Position numbers and translations under genes: made by a program. 64,000 nucleotides of DNA from Centroscyllium fabricii (Eukaryota). The first letter of the stretch is position 1. Every line of letters begins with the position of its first letter. Shown here in pieces: positions 13,390 to 27,114 of this stretch. The notes below the pieces were generated by a model. That model did not search any database and had not been told where the DNA came from. It worked only from the letters and a program-made list of their open reading frames with translations. The DNA lies in assembly GCA_051313645.2 (NCBI GenBank), contig JBNRSN020000524.1, positions 186,001 through 250,000 of the forward strand, given 5' to 3'.

Positions 13390-14516
13390 TTAAATCTCCG
13401 CGCCTATGTTGAAAATATTTTGAAAACTTTGGTTGCATAAATTATTCCCAACATATTCGCCAAATCAATTTTTAAAATGACCCTATCAACACCAAGCCCC
13501 ACATTTCTGCAATCTGAGCTTCTGATATCTCGGTCACTTTTAAACCAACATCAACAAACCAATTTAATTTTCGATATTAATACTTGCGCCAGTCAGTGGT
13601 TTGGGGCGACCCCGCAAAGTCGGATTTTGAAAAGTGGAATCCAACTCCGACTCGAAAAAAAAAAGTAATTGATGCAAAATGATTTAAAATGAATCGAGGT
13701 GAGCAACATAAATGGTTTGACTAGAACTCGACACTGGTCCTCTGAACATTACAGCAGTGGCGTGAGGAATCCACACCTCAACGCTGAAGGTTATAAATGG
13801 CTGTAGTGGAAATTGGTCCGTTTGGTGCTTTAGTGTTTACAGGAAGTCCTGGCATTTTGTATAATGGCTGTCGTGACCAATGAGGTTGAAAATGGAACTT
13901 TGAGTTTGTCTAAACTTTTAAATTAATTTGGCACCAAGATGTAGCTGTTTTATTGGGGAAATGTGATGCAGGAAGTCCGGATCTGTCACTAACACGTCTC
14001 GCGTGTTTATGCGATTATGGACAGATTATAAAGGGATGGCGACATTTGTGAATGGCCATTGGACTGCTCTCCGCTTACAATCTTTTAAGGAGATTAAAAA
14101 CCCATATGTTCGGGGTTTTTAACCTTCACTATGATTCGAATTGACAATCCCAGAAAACCAGCTGAAGCAACAAAGACTTGGTGGAAAATTAAGGCCGATA
14201 AAACTTTGTTTCCTTCAAGTAGTGGGCAGAAACATGAGCCAGTTTAAATGTTGTCTTCTCCAACCCTCCCACCTAATGCGAGTACATTTTATCGGGAGTT
14301 TTGCACTTTATTTAGGAGAGGGGTAAATCAAATTGGACAAGAGGCGGCGGGATAAAACTTGGAGCAGGTTAAAGGGGAAATTGGCAGGTTTATGCAGGAA
14401 AACTTCGCATCGGCTTCACTTCATCGACTCCTAAGTGAAGCAAAGTAGTGCGGGCGCCATTCGCTGATGTTGCACTAATGCGGTTTTGTGCCAATTCCCT
14501 CCTGGTCTGACTGTAG

Positions 14517-15236
14517 GTGTGGTTTAAAAATCGTCGCGCCAAATGCCGCCAGCAGCAGCAGAACGGAGGCAGCGCCAAAGCCCGGCCGGCCAAGAAGAAA
14601 TCGTCGCCGACCCGGGAGAGCAGTGGCTCGGAGAGCAGCGGTCAGTTCACCCCGCCCGCCGTCTCCAGCTCCTCCAGCTCATCCAGCAGCGGCCCCGGCA
14701 CCAACTCCAGCAGCGGTCCGGCCTCCTCCGTGCTCAGCACCCCCGCCTCCATCTGGAGCCCGGCCTCTATCTCCCCGGGGGCCGCAGTCGGGGAGCCTCT
14801 GGCCGCCAGCGCTTCCTGCATGCAGCGCTGCTCCGCCTCGTCCTCTTCCAGCGCCTACCCCATGGCATACGGGCAAAGCAGCGGCTACACCCAGGGCTAC
14901 CCGCCCTCCTCCTCCTACTTCGGCGGCGTGGATTGTAGCTCGTACCTGGCACCCATGCATTCCCATCACCCCCACCACCCCCACCACCAGCTGTCTGCCC
15001 ACGGCGCTGCCCTCAGCCCCATGAGCACCTCGACCATGTCTGGGCATCACATCAGTCAGAGCGCCCATCACCACCACCACCACCATCACCAGGGCTACAC
15101 GGGGCCAGGACTGACATTCAACTCGCCGGACTGCTTGGATTACAAAGACCAGACCTCCTGGAAACTCAACTTCAACACAACAGACTGTTTGGATTACAAG
15201 GACCAGACCCCGTCCTGGAAGTTTCAAGTCTTATGA
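14517..15236 (+). CDS. OTX1: OTX1 coding exon 3 (K50 helix, SIWSP motif, His tracts, tandem OTX tails)
   Basis: [15 protein letters not shown]...SIWSP...HHHHHHHH...[12 protein letters not shown]...[17 protein letters not shown]; His runs and EHBP1/WDPCP synteny identify Otx1; total CDS 969 nt. Confidence 0.98.
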   Translation: MWFKNRRAKCRQQQQNGGSAKARPAKKKSSPTRESSGSESSGQFTPPAVSSSSSSSSSGPGTNSSSGPASSVLSTPASIWSPASISPGAAVGEPLAASASCMQRCSASSSSSAYPMAYGQSSGYTQGYPPSSSYFGGVDCSSYLAPMHSHHPHHPHHQLSAHGAALSPMSTSTMSGHHISQSAHHHHHHHHQGYTGPGLTFNSPDCLDYKDQTSWKLNFNTTDCLDYKDQTPSWKFQVL

Positions 15237-15556
15237 CATTGTGGTCGACTTTAATGCACCAGATTTGAGTGTTTCCACCGTGTCTACAAACAGTTTTAAG
15301 AACTTGTTGCTTCTGGTCTGGCAGGTGTCTGAACCTTCAAGTTGTACTGTTTTACTAAGACTGGTTTTATTTCCATTCCCTCCACTTTCACAGACAATCG
15401 TTTAGGTGTGACAATCAGCATGGTGTCTGTTTTGGATAATGATGAGTGCCCGTGTATGTGTTTGGACTTTTAGTCAAGTAGACAAAACCAATCCCATTGT
15501 CATGCCACAGGACACAAACATGCAGCTTTACTGTACAAACCTGCTCACAACTTTCC

Positions 15557-15562
15557 AATAAA
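15557..15562 (+). terminator. OTX1: OTX1 candidate poly(A) signal
   Basis: AATAAA ~320 nt after the stop codon. Confidence 0.55.
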
Positions 15563-17178
15563 GTGTATTCAACTAAATGTCCGCCAGATTGCTATACTTT
15601 AAAATCTATGGTGATTTCGTTTGATTAACGCTGATCTGGTCCGCGGCCGCAGAAAGCGGCTGCCCCTTTGTAAAATATATATTGGTCAGTTGCATTGACC
15701 TTTTTTATTTTGTAGCTAATTGAATTCGTCCAAATTAACATTAGGAGACGAAATAAAACGAATTCTACCCGGATTAATATTCCTTTTGCCAAGTGTATGA
15801 GAGAGTGCGGTAAAGCCACGTACAAGGTGAATGTTGTCATGCCTCTGAAGGTATTCGATCTAATTCACGTTAGTACACGAAGCATATTGTCTAGGTAGTG
15901 TTGTAGTGGAAAACCCATATTTCAGATAGGGGATAGCACTTGCACATCTGTGTAAATTATGGTCGCGCTGATTTTTTGTCGCTAAATGAAATTATTTTGC
16001 GGATTAGATCTTTCCTATCAAATACAGTGTTGAAAATATTTAAGGCACCGCCGTTATATACATATATAACGTTATATATAATTAAATGCAATTAAGGAGA
16101 ACCCCGTGTCTGCGTGCTTGCTGTTTTTCCTTTTCGAATTGTTAAATTTTATGGGATAATCCAGGTGAAGTATGGAATTTACAGCGAAATATTTTAATTG
16201 CTTAAGTTTTGGGAAACTCGACCGAAACGTCCTGTTGCTGACTGGAGAAACTCTCTCTCCATTCATTCTCATTCTGTCTCATTCGCTCTCCTTTACATTC
16301 ATTGTCGCTCCATTCTTTCTCAAGCTGCCTTTCGTGATTTTAACTTAGTTGCTCAGTTATATTTCGTACTTAAAATCTATGCCACACTTTATTTTAAAAC
16401 CACACCTGGAGCCGGTAGGTCGCTTTAAGTAGCGCAGCAGAATTTAAATCGGCCCATTCACCGCAGGGAGTGTTTATATCGACTGTAAAACACGATGGTC
16501 ATCGTTTTTACGTTGAAACCTGCCGTACCAGGTTTGGATGTAACCGGAATGATCCAGTAATTAATTTAGGACACATTTGTTCAGTGTTTTAGAATAAAAA
16601 TGTCGTCTTAAAATGATCTGTTAACTGAAAATGAATTAAATACTTTGCATCTTAAAAGAAGCCGAGTGTTTTAACATGTTTAAATGTACCCCCCCCCCCC
16701 CCCAGCTCCTGAGATTGAAGCCTAAGTGAAGTGCAAGTCTTTCTAACTAGCTCCGACTCTGGAGCTTAAGTAAACCATTCCAGACATTACCGATTTCCAG
16801 AGTCGAGTTTCAGAACTCTGCTCCTTTTTAAATGTAAGCTAATGGTCTATTAACAAAGTGGAGGTTATCGGTAAAATGGAAGGCAGCCCAAACTTGCACA
16901 CCGCCGATGGAATCCTGTTGGTTAAAAGGATGTGTAGAACACAACTTGACTAAGTTTATCTGCGCTCTTAACATTTTATCACGGATTGTTGAGTGATACA
17001 GGGGCTGGATACCTGCATCCTGTGGCTCGGTTCACCGGGGATGCTAAAAGTGCAACGGGAGGAATATTCTACCAGACTTGGTAAGTGATTTTTAAATGTG
17101 CTCATCCTATCTTCCAACTTAATTTGGGTTTGCTGTAAGGCTTCTGTTGCAGCAAGTTCATATGTAACCTACTAAAAT

Positions 17179-17394
17179 GCAAGAAGTCACACACCAGGTT
17201 ATAGTCCGACAGTTTTATTTCAGATAATCATCTAGCATTGTTCTCTGACTATATACGCTGTGTTTCTATGCATCTCTTCTCTTCACCTGACGAAACAAAA
17301 GCTTGTGATTTCAAATAAAGCTGTTGGACTATAACCTGGTGTTGTGACTTCTTACAATTGTCCACCCCAGTCCAACACCGGCACCTCCACATCA
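17179..17394 (+). mobile_element. Short Penelope-like terminal fragment with inverted end
   Basis: same terminus as the 45001/51130 element; internal inverted copy of caccaggttatagtcc; 9-bp TSD tactaaaat (17170-17178 / 17395-17403). Confidence 0.8.
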
Positions 17395-20300
17395 TACTAA
17401 AATATACAAATCAGAAATGCTCAGATGCAGTGTTGCTGCTTTTGATTTATGTTGGCTCAGTGTTGGCTTAAACTGTACACTGACTATTTGTACAACAGCA
17501 CATCAGTAAATTGTTCAGAAACAGCTTTCCTGATGCCCTTCAGTCTTTTTTTATTAACTGTTTGCAAACATTTTTTTTTGGGGGGGGGGGGCTGTGTAGT
17601 GTAGATCTGTCCATTTATGTAATGGATAAATTGCAGGAAATATCCATTGGGAAATCTATCTTTAAATACAAGTTTCACCATTTAAAACAACTGAGTTAAC
17701 TTTTTTTCTCACTGTTACTTTGTTTGGTATGGTGTCCTGTGGCTGGTTTCCCCATTTCCTCCCCTTTCTCTTGCTAAATGTCCCTGGTATTTGCAGGTCT
17801 GCTCATTTAATGGATAATTCTGGGATGTATATAAAGTATTAAATTATAAATACAGCAGATGGAATCGAGCAAACAAACTACAACCAATAATCTAAATTAA
17901 CATTTTCTGACTAGTCTGGTCAGGAATACATACAGTACAGAATTGCATGTAAAACATCTGGTGTGGTATCAATTTGCTTCTGATGTGTAATTTTGAAAAT
18001 GTATAAAACCTCTTGGCTGATTGCTGCAGTTACAGCCCTCCTTTATAGTAATTGGATCAATACTTTTGAGGGCCAAATCTTTTATTTGAAATACTATAGT
18101 CTACTTTATTTGTTTTTGACACAGTGGCATTGACTAAAGTGTGATTTTAATGCTTATTTGATATTGCCAGCAACTGTGATTATAATAGGTTTTAAGAGAG
18201 GTTTTCAAGTCTTGTTTTTTTTCTTTCCCTCCCCTCTAGCGTTTCAGTACATCACCCAGTCAGTATCTGTAGTAGGACAAAGAAACCTCTTCATCTGATA
18301 TTGCATTATCTGAAGCAAGGTAACCACAAAATACCGAGTGGATCATGTTGAATGAGTGAATTTTGAGCAGGGCAATTGTTTGAACTTTAGAAATGATTTT
18401 TTCATAAATGCCTGCAAACCTGAATATATATTTTAAAGAGTAATATGTTGAACTGTTGTAAATAATTAAACCATTTTCCGTATTCCTGAAACTTCAATTT
18501 TTGTGCTGGAGATTTTGCTGTAGTATTGAAAAGGTTGATGCTGATTGGGAAAAGTTTTAAATGTCTTTCAAAATGAGCTGATTTCTCTGCTTAATTTTGT
18601 ACATATGTTCAATGTAATGTTCTTTTACTTTTTTTCATAACCAATTTAAATATGGGGAGGGGAGCAGTTTAATTCACCCATGTCAAATTGGAATGTATAT
18701 ACTCCAGTACCTGTACTAGCAATTGTGTTTGCAGTTTTGATGTACTCAACATTTCAAACCTGATCACTTCCAATTTGCATTTTAGTCTTCATTTAAAACT
18801 TTCATAAGTCTAATTTAAAATAGGCTCACTTATCATTATGTTCAGCTGTATCTCCATTACATTCCTCCATGTGTATATTGGGGATTGGCTTAATTTTACA
18901 AGGCTTAAAAATACATTTTGTCTAATGTTGGGTCACAATGTGTAAAGTGCCAAACCTTTTAAAGCTTGAATGAAGTTTATTTTTGGAACCGATGTCAGTT
19001 TTGTCTAATGAACAAGTTCTATAATCCTACTTAAGCAAATGTAACAACTCGAGAAATTCCTGAGCTGTAGTAGTAAAACCTGAAATGGCTGTAATATTTA
19101 TATGCATGGAAACTCATTTTCAACAGGATGTAGTTTGATCAATCATTTTGATTTCGTATAGAATGAGAAACTTGCTGTAATGGAATGAATGATGCCTCCA
19201 GGGTGGTTCATCCCCAGTCACACTCTGATATACCTGTAGGCAAGGCGTTCATCTGAAATGTAGTTCACTATTCAAAACTTTTTTTTAAGACTACTGAATA
19301 TACAAACTTATACAAGGTCAATTGTTTAATGCATGGGACCATGGATAGAGCCAAGCAGTTACCTGCTTTGTTTCCATTACGTCACTACTTTGTATCTGAT
19401 CACATGAACTGTCTTGTTTTGAAGCACTTTTTATAGGTGTGGTTACCTTTCAAATTAGTGTGGTTGGAGCAAAATTTGATGTTTTTGACTATGCCCTAAA
19501 ATATTTTCTTATGTCTGTGCAGCGCCTTGGGATGTTTTACTATGTTAAAGGCGCTATATAAATTGTTATGCAAATTAGGTATGTGCTGTCAATGGCAAAC
19601 TCTTCTAATTTGAGGTACAGTACAGCAGTCTAGGTGGTTGTAACCTACACTGAACTCCTGCTGGAACTGCATATATGTAATCATCAAAAGATGGTGCGGC
19701 TTGGTGATTTTACTCAACTTCCTCTTACACCCACTCTGGCCAGGATTTATTAGCCTGCTGAATAATAGTCACTTGGTTGTAATATAGGAAAGTGACCAGT
19801 GCCTGTGAAATTGTACTCTAGCCATTGAGCAAGATAAATGAGGGAAAAGTTCACTATTTTCTCTCTTCCAACCCCCATAGTTTATAATTATTAGAGGTGA
19901 GAATTATAAGTGACAATATTTACTAAAATCATATATCCCTGTTCCTTTTAGTGTTTTTTGACTTAACAAAACATGAATATGCTAAATCAAAAGTAAATTC
20001 AACCCTCTTTAAAATACTTTTAACTGTTGTATAATTATATAATTTCCTGTTTTGACCCTCCCTTCAAGCTATCTTCGAGAGATATGGGATAATCCAGTGT
20101 ACAGTGATCAGACATGGCAATGTCAGTTTTTGGCTGACCTGCATAATGGATGCCTGAGTAATGTGCAAATGCATCTATCCCTCGATTAAATAAAAACTGC
20201 ATGTTGGGCATATAATTCCTGTCTAATTTTCAATCCTTGCTTGAAAAATCCAATTTATGGTATCTGGAGGGGGAGGGGAGGTGAGAAGAATGCTGAAGGA

Positions 20301-23300
20301 CTTAAAAGTGAATTGTATGTCTCCTTGAATATGTTCACTCAAGGTGGTTGTGGAGCAAATATGTGCTGTGCTCTGGGACTGGTATTCTTCACTATTGTTG
20401 CTCTACAGAGAATTTCATGTTACAGCCAGCCCATGAAACACTTGCCCAGAGGAAGGGAGGGGAAAAACCCAGCCATCACTGCTCTTGTACCACACCCACT
20501 TAATGGGGAGCACAGTGGAAAAAAAAAAACCTTGGAACTGTGTTTTTTATTATTTCGGTTCCATTTTATTATTTCGGTTCCATCGGCAGCAACACCCACT
20601 ACCATTCCTGAGCTGAATGGACAGCAGTGGACCTGCTCCCAGGTCTATTGCTAGTGGTGGCAGTGAGTGTTAAATTGACCTGGCCTAATTCAGTTTACCC
20701 ATCCTCCACTTACCTGACTAGATGAAAAACTAGCCCTGTGGGGAATTGCTGCCATGGACTCGCAGTCTTACTACTCATTGTACAAGATAGTAATGCAACA
20801 AGATATTAATGCAATAATATGCTTCATCAGTAGGTTACCCAATTTTAAAATACAAATGTTCTGTTTTCAGTTTGGGGAAATCAGTCCACCGTATATTAAT
20901 ATAAACATCTCTCAGTGGCCTTGCTTTGCATGCTTCCAATAGGTGTTGTTACTATAAACAAACACCAGGTAAGTTGATCTCCTAGAAGAACATTCCTTTG
21001 TGTTTAGTTGAACACTCTTAAATTGTCAATGCGTGAGTTCTTGCTGTTCCACGAACCTTCATTGGATGCTGGCCACAAAGTGGAAAACAAATGAAATAGT
21101 CATTGGCCAAAGATACATATTCCTCAGTTGGAACTTGAATATTGTATTTAGCAAGCAATCTATAAATTGAAGCAATATTTTACATTAACATTGAAATACG
21201 CCATGTAAATAATTCAAAGTTCTTTTTTTCATAAATGTAAATACAAGACTGGCAAAGTATCAAAGCCTAAATACCTTATTCAGAGGCAGAAATCTGACCC
21301 ATCTGACAAAAAATAATTGCCTTCATTTGTTTGGACTAATTGTTTTTCTCCCTGCCTGCTCTATGCTCCAACAGAACTCTTGTCATTTTCTATATTAAAG
21401 TTTAGACACTTTTATTAATCTAATACTCTGAAGGGCACCAAAAGGAGTGAGGCATTATACTGCAATAAGTGGTTGCTAATGATTTTTAATTGATTTTAAC
21501 TGATTTATGTCAATGAAAAATCTTGACATCCATTTGTAGCAGAATATGAAATGTCAAGTGTTCAAAAATAATTGGCCTTGAATATTGTTTTACATTTAAA
21601 TTGCCTGGTAATTTTTCACCCTTTTCTTTTCCTCCCCCCTCCCCCCCGACTAAAGTAGTACCAATAGACCTTTTAATTTTATTGTACTGCAAGGTATTTC
21701 TGCAGCAGTTATGTACTGTAGTTACAGTTTGAAGCTAAGAGTTTTCTGCTGCTGTTTGTTTGCATTTAATGACCAGAACCTATTCCTTTCCTTATGCCTC
21801 AATCGCTTGTCCCTCTTCTAGTCACTAATTGTCATTGTTCTCCTGACTTGTCTCCCTCTCCCACCACTTCTTTTTACTTTCCCTTTTTTGAGTTGATTAT
21901 CCACATTCTGTTCTGTTTTTGTAGCTTTTTTTTCCCCCTCTTCCAGATGGAATTCTCCAGTATGAACATTGTCCAACACTTTCACCTCCTCCCCACCCCC
22001 AAATACATGCAAAAGATTTTTCCTGGATCCCCAAGCACCATAGACTACCTGCATTGTGCTGCAATTCACATTTGGTGCAGTGGGTAATGAATGACGTTTG
22101 TAGCTTTCTAGTCCATGCTGAGTTAGCTGGGTTTTGAGTAGGGGTACTGCAGTTGTCCTAGTCTCTCCTGATTTGGGGGTCACATCACTATTCAGTGAAC
22201 GACCACCTGCCTCTCTACCCACCCCATGGGAAAGGCATGTATGGGTGTCACATGTTAACAGGTTCTGCCATGATGACTCTGGTCACATCACCTGTGAATA
22301 CTTGCTATTAAGGCTCACATGAGGAAAGGTCACTTGGATAACGCACAGGAGTAGAACCAGTGCCAGTGATTTGTACCTCTGCACGAGAGGAAGTGGGAGA
22401 GTTGAAAGACAGTTGAACAGCAGATGTACAATAACCTGTGGTAAATGGGGTCAGGGTGTAGCCAGCAGTTTGGTTTATTTTCTTGTGTGCATTCTGTATA
22501 TAGATGGTGTGTGTATCTAATGTGAAACTGTAAAGCCTCCATTATTAAAAATCTAGTATGTGCATGCTTCCTGTTCACAGCCATTGCTTCATGTAACATT
22601 TAGATTTCAACATGAATGAGAACATTATCTGTCAACATTCCACTGTCATGCTTTCTTGATGAAATAAATTAATCACTAAAATTCTAAATAAAAATTGTAA
22701 TTTTTTTTCAATAACTGAAATTTCTAATGTCCAAAATAAGGTTTTAATGTAGAAATCACAAATGCATTTCACAAGAATGGTTACATTTATTCAGTGATAC
22801 TTTTTTTCTTTTAATATCTTTGACTTATTTTACTTCAAGGTCTTACCCTGTCTCAGAAGCCTGGGTTTTAAAGTAATATTTTTACCTCGTTAGACCCTGG
22901 TTCCAACCACATCTGAGGATTGTGCAGGTTGCAACCTATATGTTAGTTTTCCTGTGGGGATTTAAGAGTGTCTCTGCTTTGAGAAAATTACAGTCACACA
23001 AAATAGACATTGAATTCCAAAAGTTTTATTTTAAGTAAGTTATTTGAGCTGCAGCCATGTGATTGGCATCTGTTGTGGTTTCTTTGACTATTTGAAAAGA
23101 AAAGTAAAAGATTGAGAATTTTAAAGAAAAGTAAAAGATTGAGATTCTTTTCCAAGTTGCTTGCCTCTTGAATCCAGTTTATATTAAAAAAAAACTCAAC
23201 CATTAATGTTGGTGGTATAGTGTGTGTGTGTGTGTATATAAAAAGCACAGACTAACTTTTCAGCATTTTGAGGTAACTTTTTTGTTTGGAAATTTGTGAA

Positions 23301-24500
23301 ACTATATGTTGGCAAACACTCCAATGGTGCACTAAAGGTACATTTTCCATTCCCTACACTTTGTCAAGACTGCATGTTAAACTGTACTCTGTTTTCTCTC
23401 TCAATTGATGTTACTACCACCACGACCAGTCAACATGGATAAACTTTCCAAGGTGTTTCAAAATGCAAGGAAAATGAAGATTGAACCAAAGAGATTAGGC
23501 AGCTTTATAATGGACATCTGGGGCCTTTCGAGAGGCTGGCAAGATGGGACTTTTGGCTGCTAGTCACCTTATTTGTATAATTGTGGACCATGGGCACAAA
23601 TCCAGAGTAAAATGGGAGCAATAGTCCAGGGGTGCAGAACTTGTTGCTGCAGTATTTAAATATCTGCAGCAACTTAAGGTGGCAGCAGCTTCCTGAAACA
23701 CCAGCTGGGATGTTATTTCCAGATGTTCTTTGGTAAAAATTCAGTACAGCTCAATATACAAAGTCTTTTGAGGTACATTAGATGAGTTTTCAGGAATTGA
23801 GATGTCAAACATCCTAATGTGCTCATGGAACAGCAGCCTCCACCCATTCCCTGGCACTGAGAAGGACTAAGTGCAGAGCATTACAATCTTATGAAGTGGA
23901 CCTCAAGGTGCTGCTTGTTTGATTTCTAAGGGTTAGGGACCTAATTTAATCAGCTCCTCCTCCTGGCTTCTCTAGCAAAAGCTTTTGTTAAAAGTTGAGA
24001 CTTGCATTTTTGGGCCTCTTCTGATCCAGACTCTCCTTCCTGCTTGGTTGGCCTGGTCTGAAAGCCACAACTTTCCTCTCGCAGCCTGCACTTAATACGG
24101 TTGTGCCCCGATGTCAGTGGAGCCTGATCCCCAAAAAGACCCCGCTGGATTTTGGCGCGTTAAAGCTCCGGTTAAGATCATAGTCTGCGAGGTCAGTGGG
24201 AGACAGCAGGAGAGTCCCACGCTGGCCCAATCACTCGGTTTCTGCTGAGTACCACCCTTCTCACTCCCAGGGCAGCAGACCAGTGTCGCACAAGGCAAGG
24301 GAGCCTCTTCCTTTGACACCATGGGGCCTCCTGAGACCTGCACTTCTCAAATGCAATGACATCATGTCATGAACAGGAACTGCGCAGTATGGTTCAACAG
24401 TTCACTTTCCCACCTGTGTTTGGAATTGCCCTCGCAAGCCTTGCATACAGCTCTTTACAATACTCATGAGAGTCCTCTTGACATTTGTCCTCCGTTATAG

Positions 24501-24945
24501 CAACAACTTGAATTTATATAGCCCCTTTAACATAGTAAAATGTCCCAATGCACTTCACAAATGCATCAGAATAAAAATCAGTGCAAACTGATGGAGCTTT
24601 AGGCAGGGTGACCAAAGATTGATCAGAGGTGAGGCAAAAGGATTTGGGGAGTGCATTCCAGAGTAATGGGTTGGCTGGTAATGGGGTTTGATGGATGCAC
24701 AAGGGGCCAGAGTTGTAGGCATGCAATGTTCTCTGGGGGTGATGGGGCTGGAAAAGGTTGGAGTGGTGAGGTTATGAAGGGATTTAAACAGGAGGATGAG
24801 GATTTTAAATGTGAGGCATTGGGGGACCAGGTGCCAATGAAGATGGGTGAGTGGAACTTGATGTGGGATAAGGTTCAGGCAGCAGAGTTTTGGATGAGGT
24901 GGAAGATGGGAGACTGGCCAGGAGATTGGTGATGAAATCAACTGT
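24501..24945 (-). mobile_element. Degraded L2-type LINE 3' fragment
   Basis: reverse complement of the tail aaggggctatataaattcaagttgttg and HWxxVxQxxxFKIL RT C-terminal motif. Confidence 0.75.
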
Positions 24946-27114
24946 TGGACGTACACAACCGGTCAGGCAGCATCTATAAAGAGGAGACCGGTTATGATGT
25001 TTTGGATGTGTACTTGTCAATCTTCTGTACTGACAAAGCATAATTAGTTCCAGCATTGCTTTTATTTCAGATTTCCTGCATATGCAAATTTTCCTTATAC
25101 TGAAGCAGTTTGCATTACAATTAATTCTACACGCAAATAGGATATAAATACATAATTTCCCAATATTTCTTTTTGAACCTAGGATAGTCTACACCAAAGA
25201 TATTCTGGTTCTTGGAGGTGCTAATTTGGGATTGGCTGTCAAGAGGGGCATTTCTGCAGGATCCTGTTGCGTCTCCACTTTACGATGGAGACTTGTGTTG
25301 CTGCTCAATGTTTAGCAGTGTGGAAAGAACTAGCCAAACTTGCTCAATGGCTTAAAGTCAGTCAAGGCTGCTGTTTGAACACCCGTCCCTCAGGGGTAGT
25401 AATTAATACCTGGCCACTAGAGTGGCCAGGTTGCTATTTTGTTGTTCCTTTTTTAGAATTTTGCTTTGGCAGTTCAAGGAGGATGACATGCAAAGTTGTA
25501 CCACCGCTTTATGTGGGAGAGTCTCTATCTTTGGGTGTGCCTTAATATTGATGCCAGTGGGCAAGCTTCAGAGAAAAACACCTCTCAAATACTCAGTGCC
25601 AGACACTCACCCTCCTGACCTCTTGATTTGATTCAAACCAACATTTCTCTTTTTTTCAAGGTTTAAATCTACCCAGGGTACCTTTTTTGAATTCCCAGTA
25701 TTTTAGTTTGACTCATTTTTATCCTATCTATTTATTATAGGTTATACTTCCTTTGCAATGGTGTCATTCTGAAAGGTAGAAATGCTGGTAAGAGCATCCC
25801 AGCTGTTGGCAATGTTTCAAGTATTCCTCACTCACTGTTGCATTTTGTTAGGGTCACTGGTCTATAGTAGCTGAATAAATCAATTCAATTTTTATTACAT
25901 GGCATTATGGGACTTCCAGCCCCCGATTCCGTCTATTTTTCATAACTGTAGATTAGCAGGCCTGGATCTTGTGTGCACAGCGTTTTAGAAAGCTGTTTTA
26001 ACTCCATGTTTAAGAGCAAAATCAGATGTTGGACATAACGGCTGGAACTCATCAGTTTTTTTTACCAATTTCCACCAGTAAATTCATAACTATTTTTGTG
26101 AATTGGTAAAAGCTGATTCTGCTTAAATGTGTCTGAACGGCAACAATTACAATTGTTTTTCTTAATCCGGTCCAGTGCTGCATATGCATTGTACCCGTGA
26201 TCAGTGTGCACATTCTGTGCTGTGAGGAAATTAAACACGGCCACTAATTTGGATATTTTAAGGGGAACATGGCACTTTAGGTTCTGCTGTGAATGTTTAT
26301 AATGGTTATACTGCAGCAAATGCCACATCATTTCCAGTTGGATGTGGAACGAGAACAATACTGCACCTGTCAGTTACCACACGACGGGTCCTTTGAAGAC
26401 CGGGGTCAAAGGTTGATGCCGATCACACCGAGGTATTGCTTACTAAGAAGTAAAACTACCAGTTGTTCTCCTGTGAATAATCTCCAAATATTTCTTGTCC
26501 CACCACTGCAGTTGCAGTTAATCGACTAAAGTCAATAAACCGGTTCTTCAATTTTACAGATGTGAAGCGGGCGGGGACAGTGCGCCAGCCGCCCCACGCC
26601 TGAAATGGGCCTTCGGCCCCTTATTTGTATATATAAAGCTCCTGTTTTAACGCTTCCTTCACCATCTTCAAATGTTCTTTGCCGGTGAGCTGCCCGTGGA
26701 GGCCCAGCAGGTGCCCGAAGGTCTGCCTACACACGGTCTAACTAAAATGAGCTCTACAGGCCACCTGAAAGTGGAGTTGAGGCTCCACATTACAACCGCG
26801 GGCTTCTGCTGGCTCCCGCTCTCTTCCCCAAGATAACCTGAAGTGCGATGCAACGATTCCAAATTCAAATATTCTTGGCCGATGAGCTGCCTAGGATTCC
26901 CAGCCAGCACAGACCAATTTCTGGACCCATGGACTTTAAACTTCAAGGTCACAGCCCTATATAGCTAATGTAGAACTATAAGATGTGTCTATTTTAAGAA
27001 AAACACAGTTCAAACATTAGTGAATGTTTCCTTATTTCTTGACCTGATTTAGTCGTGGTGAGTTTCATTTTGCAATCTGGAGCAGTTTTTTGATAGGCTC
27101 TGATTCTGTTGTAT

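Noticed and set aside
14488-15227. Long alternative-frame and antisense ORFs over OTX1 exon 3
   Set aside because: Shadow ORFs expected from GC-rich, low-complexity coding sequence
23097-23146. Short tandem duplication aaaagtaaaagattgaga
   Set aside because: Ordinary slippage duplication in AT-rich intergenic DNA
25412-25428. ccactagagtggcc CTCF-like motif
   Set aside because: Imperfect match; cannot be supported without ChIP or conservation data
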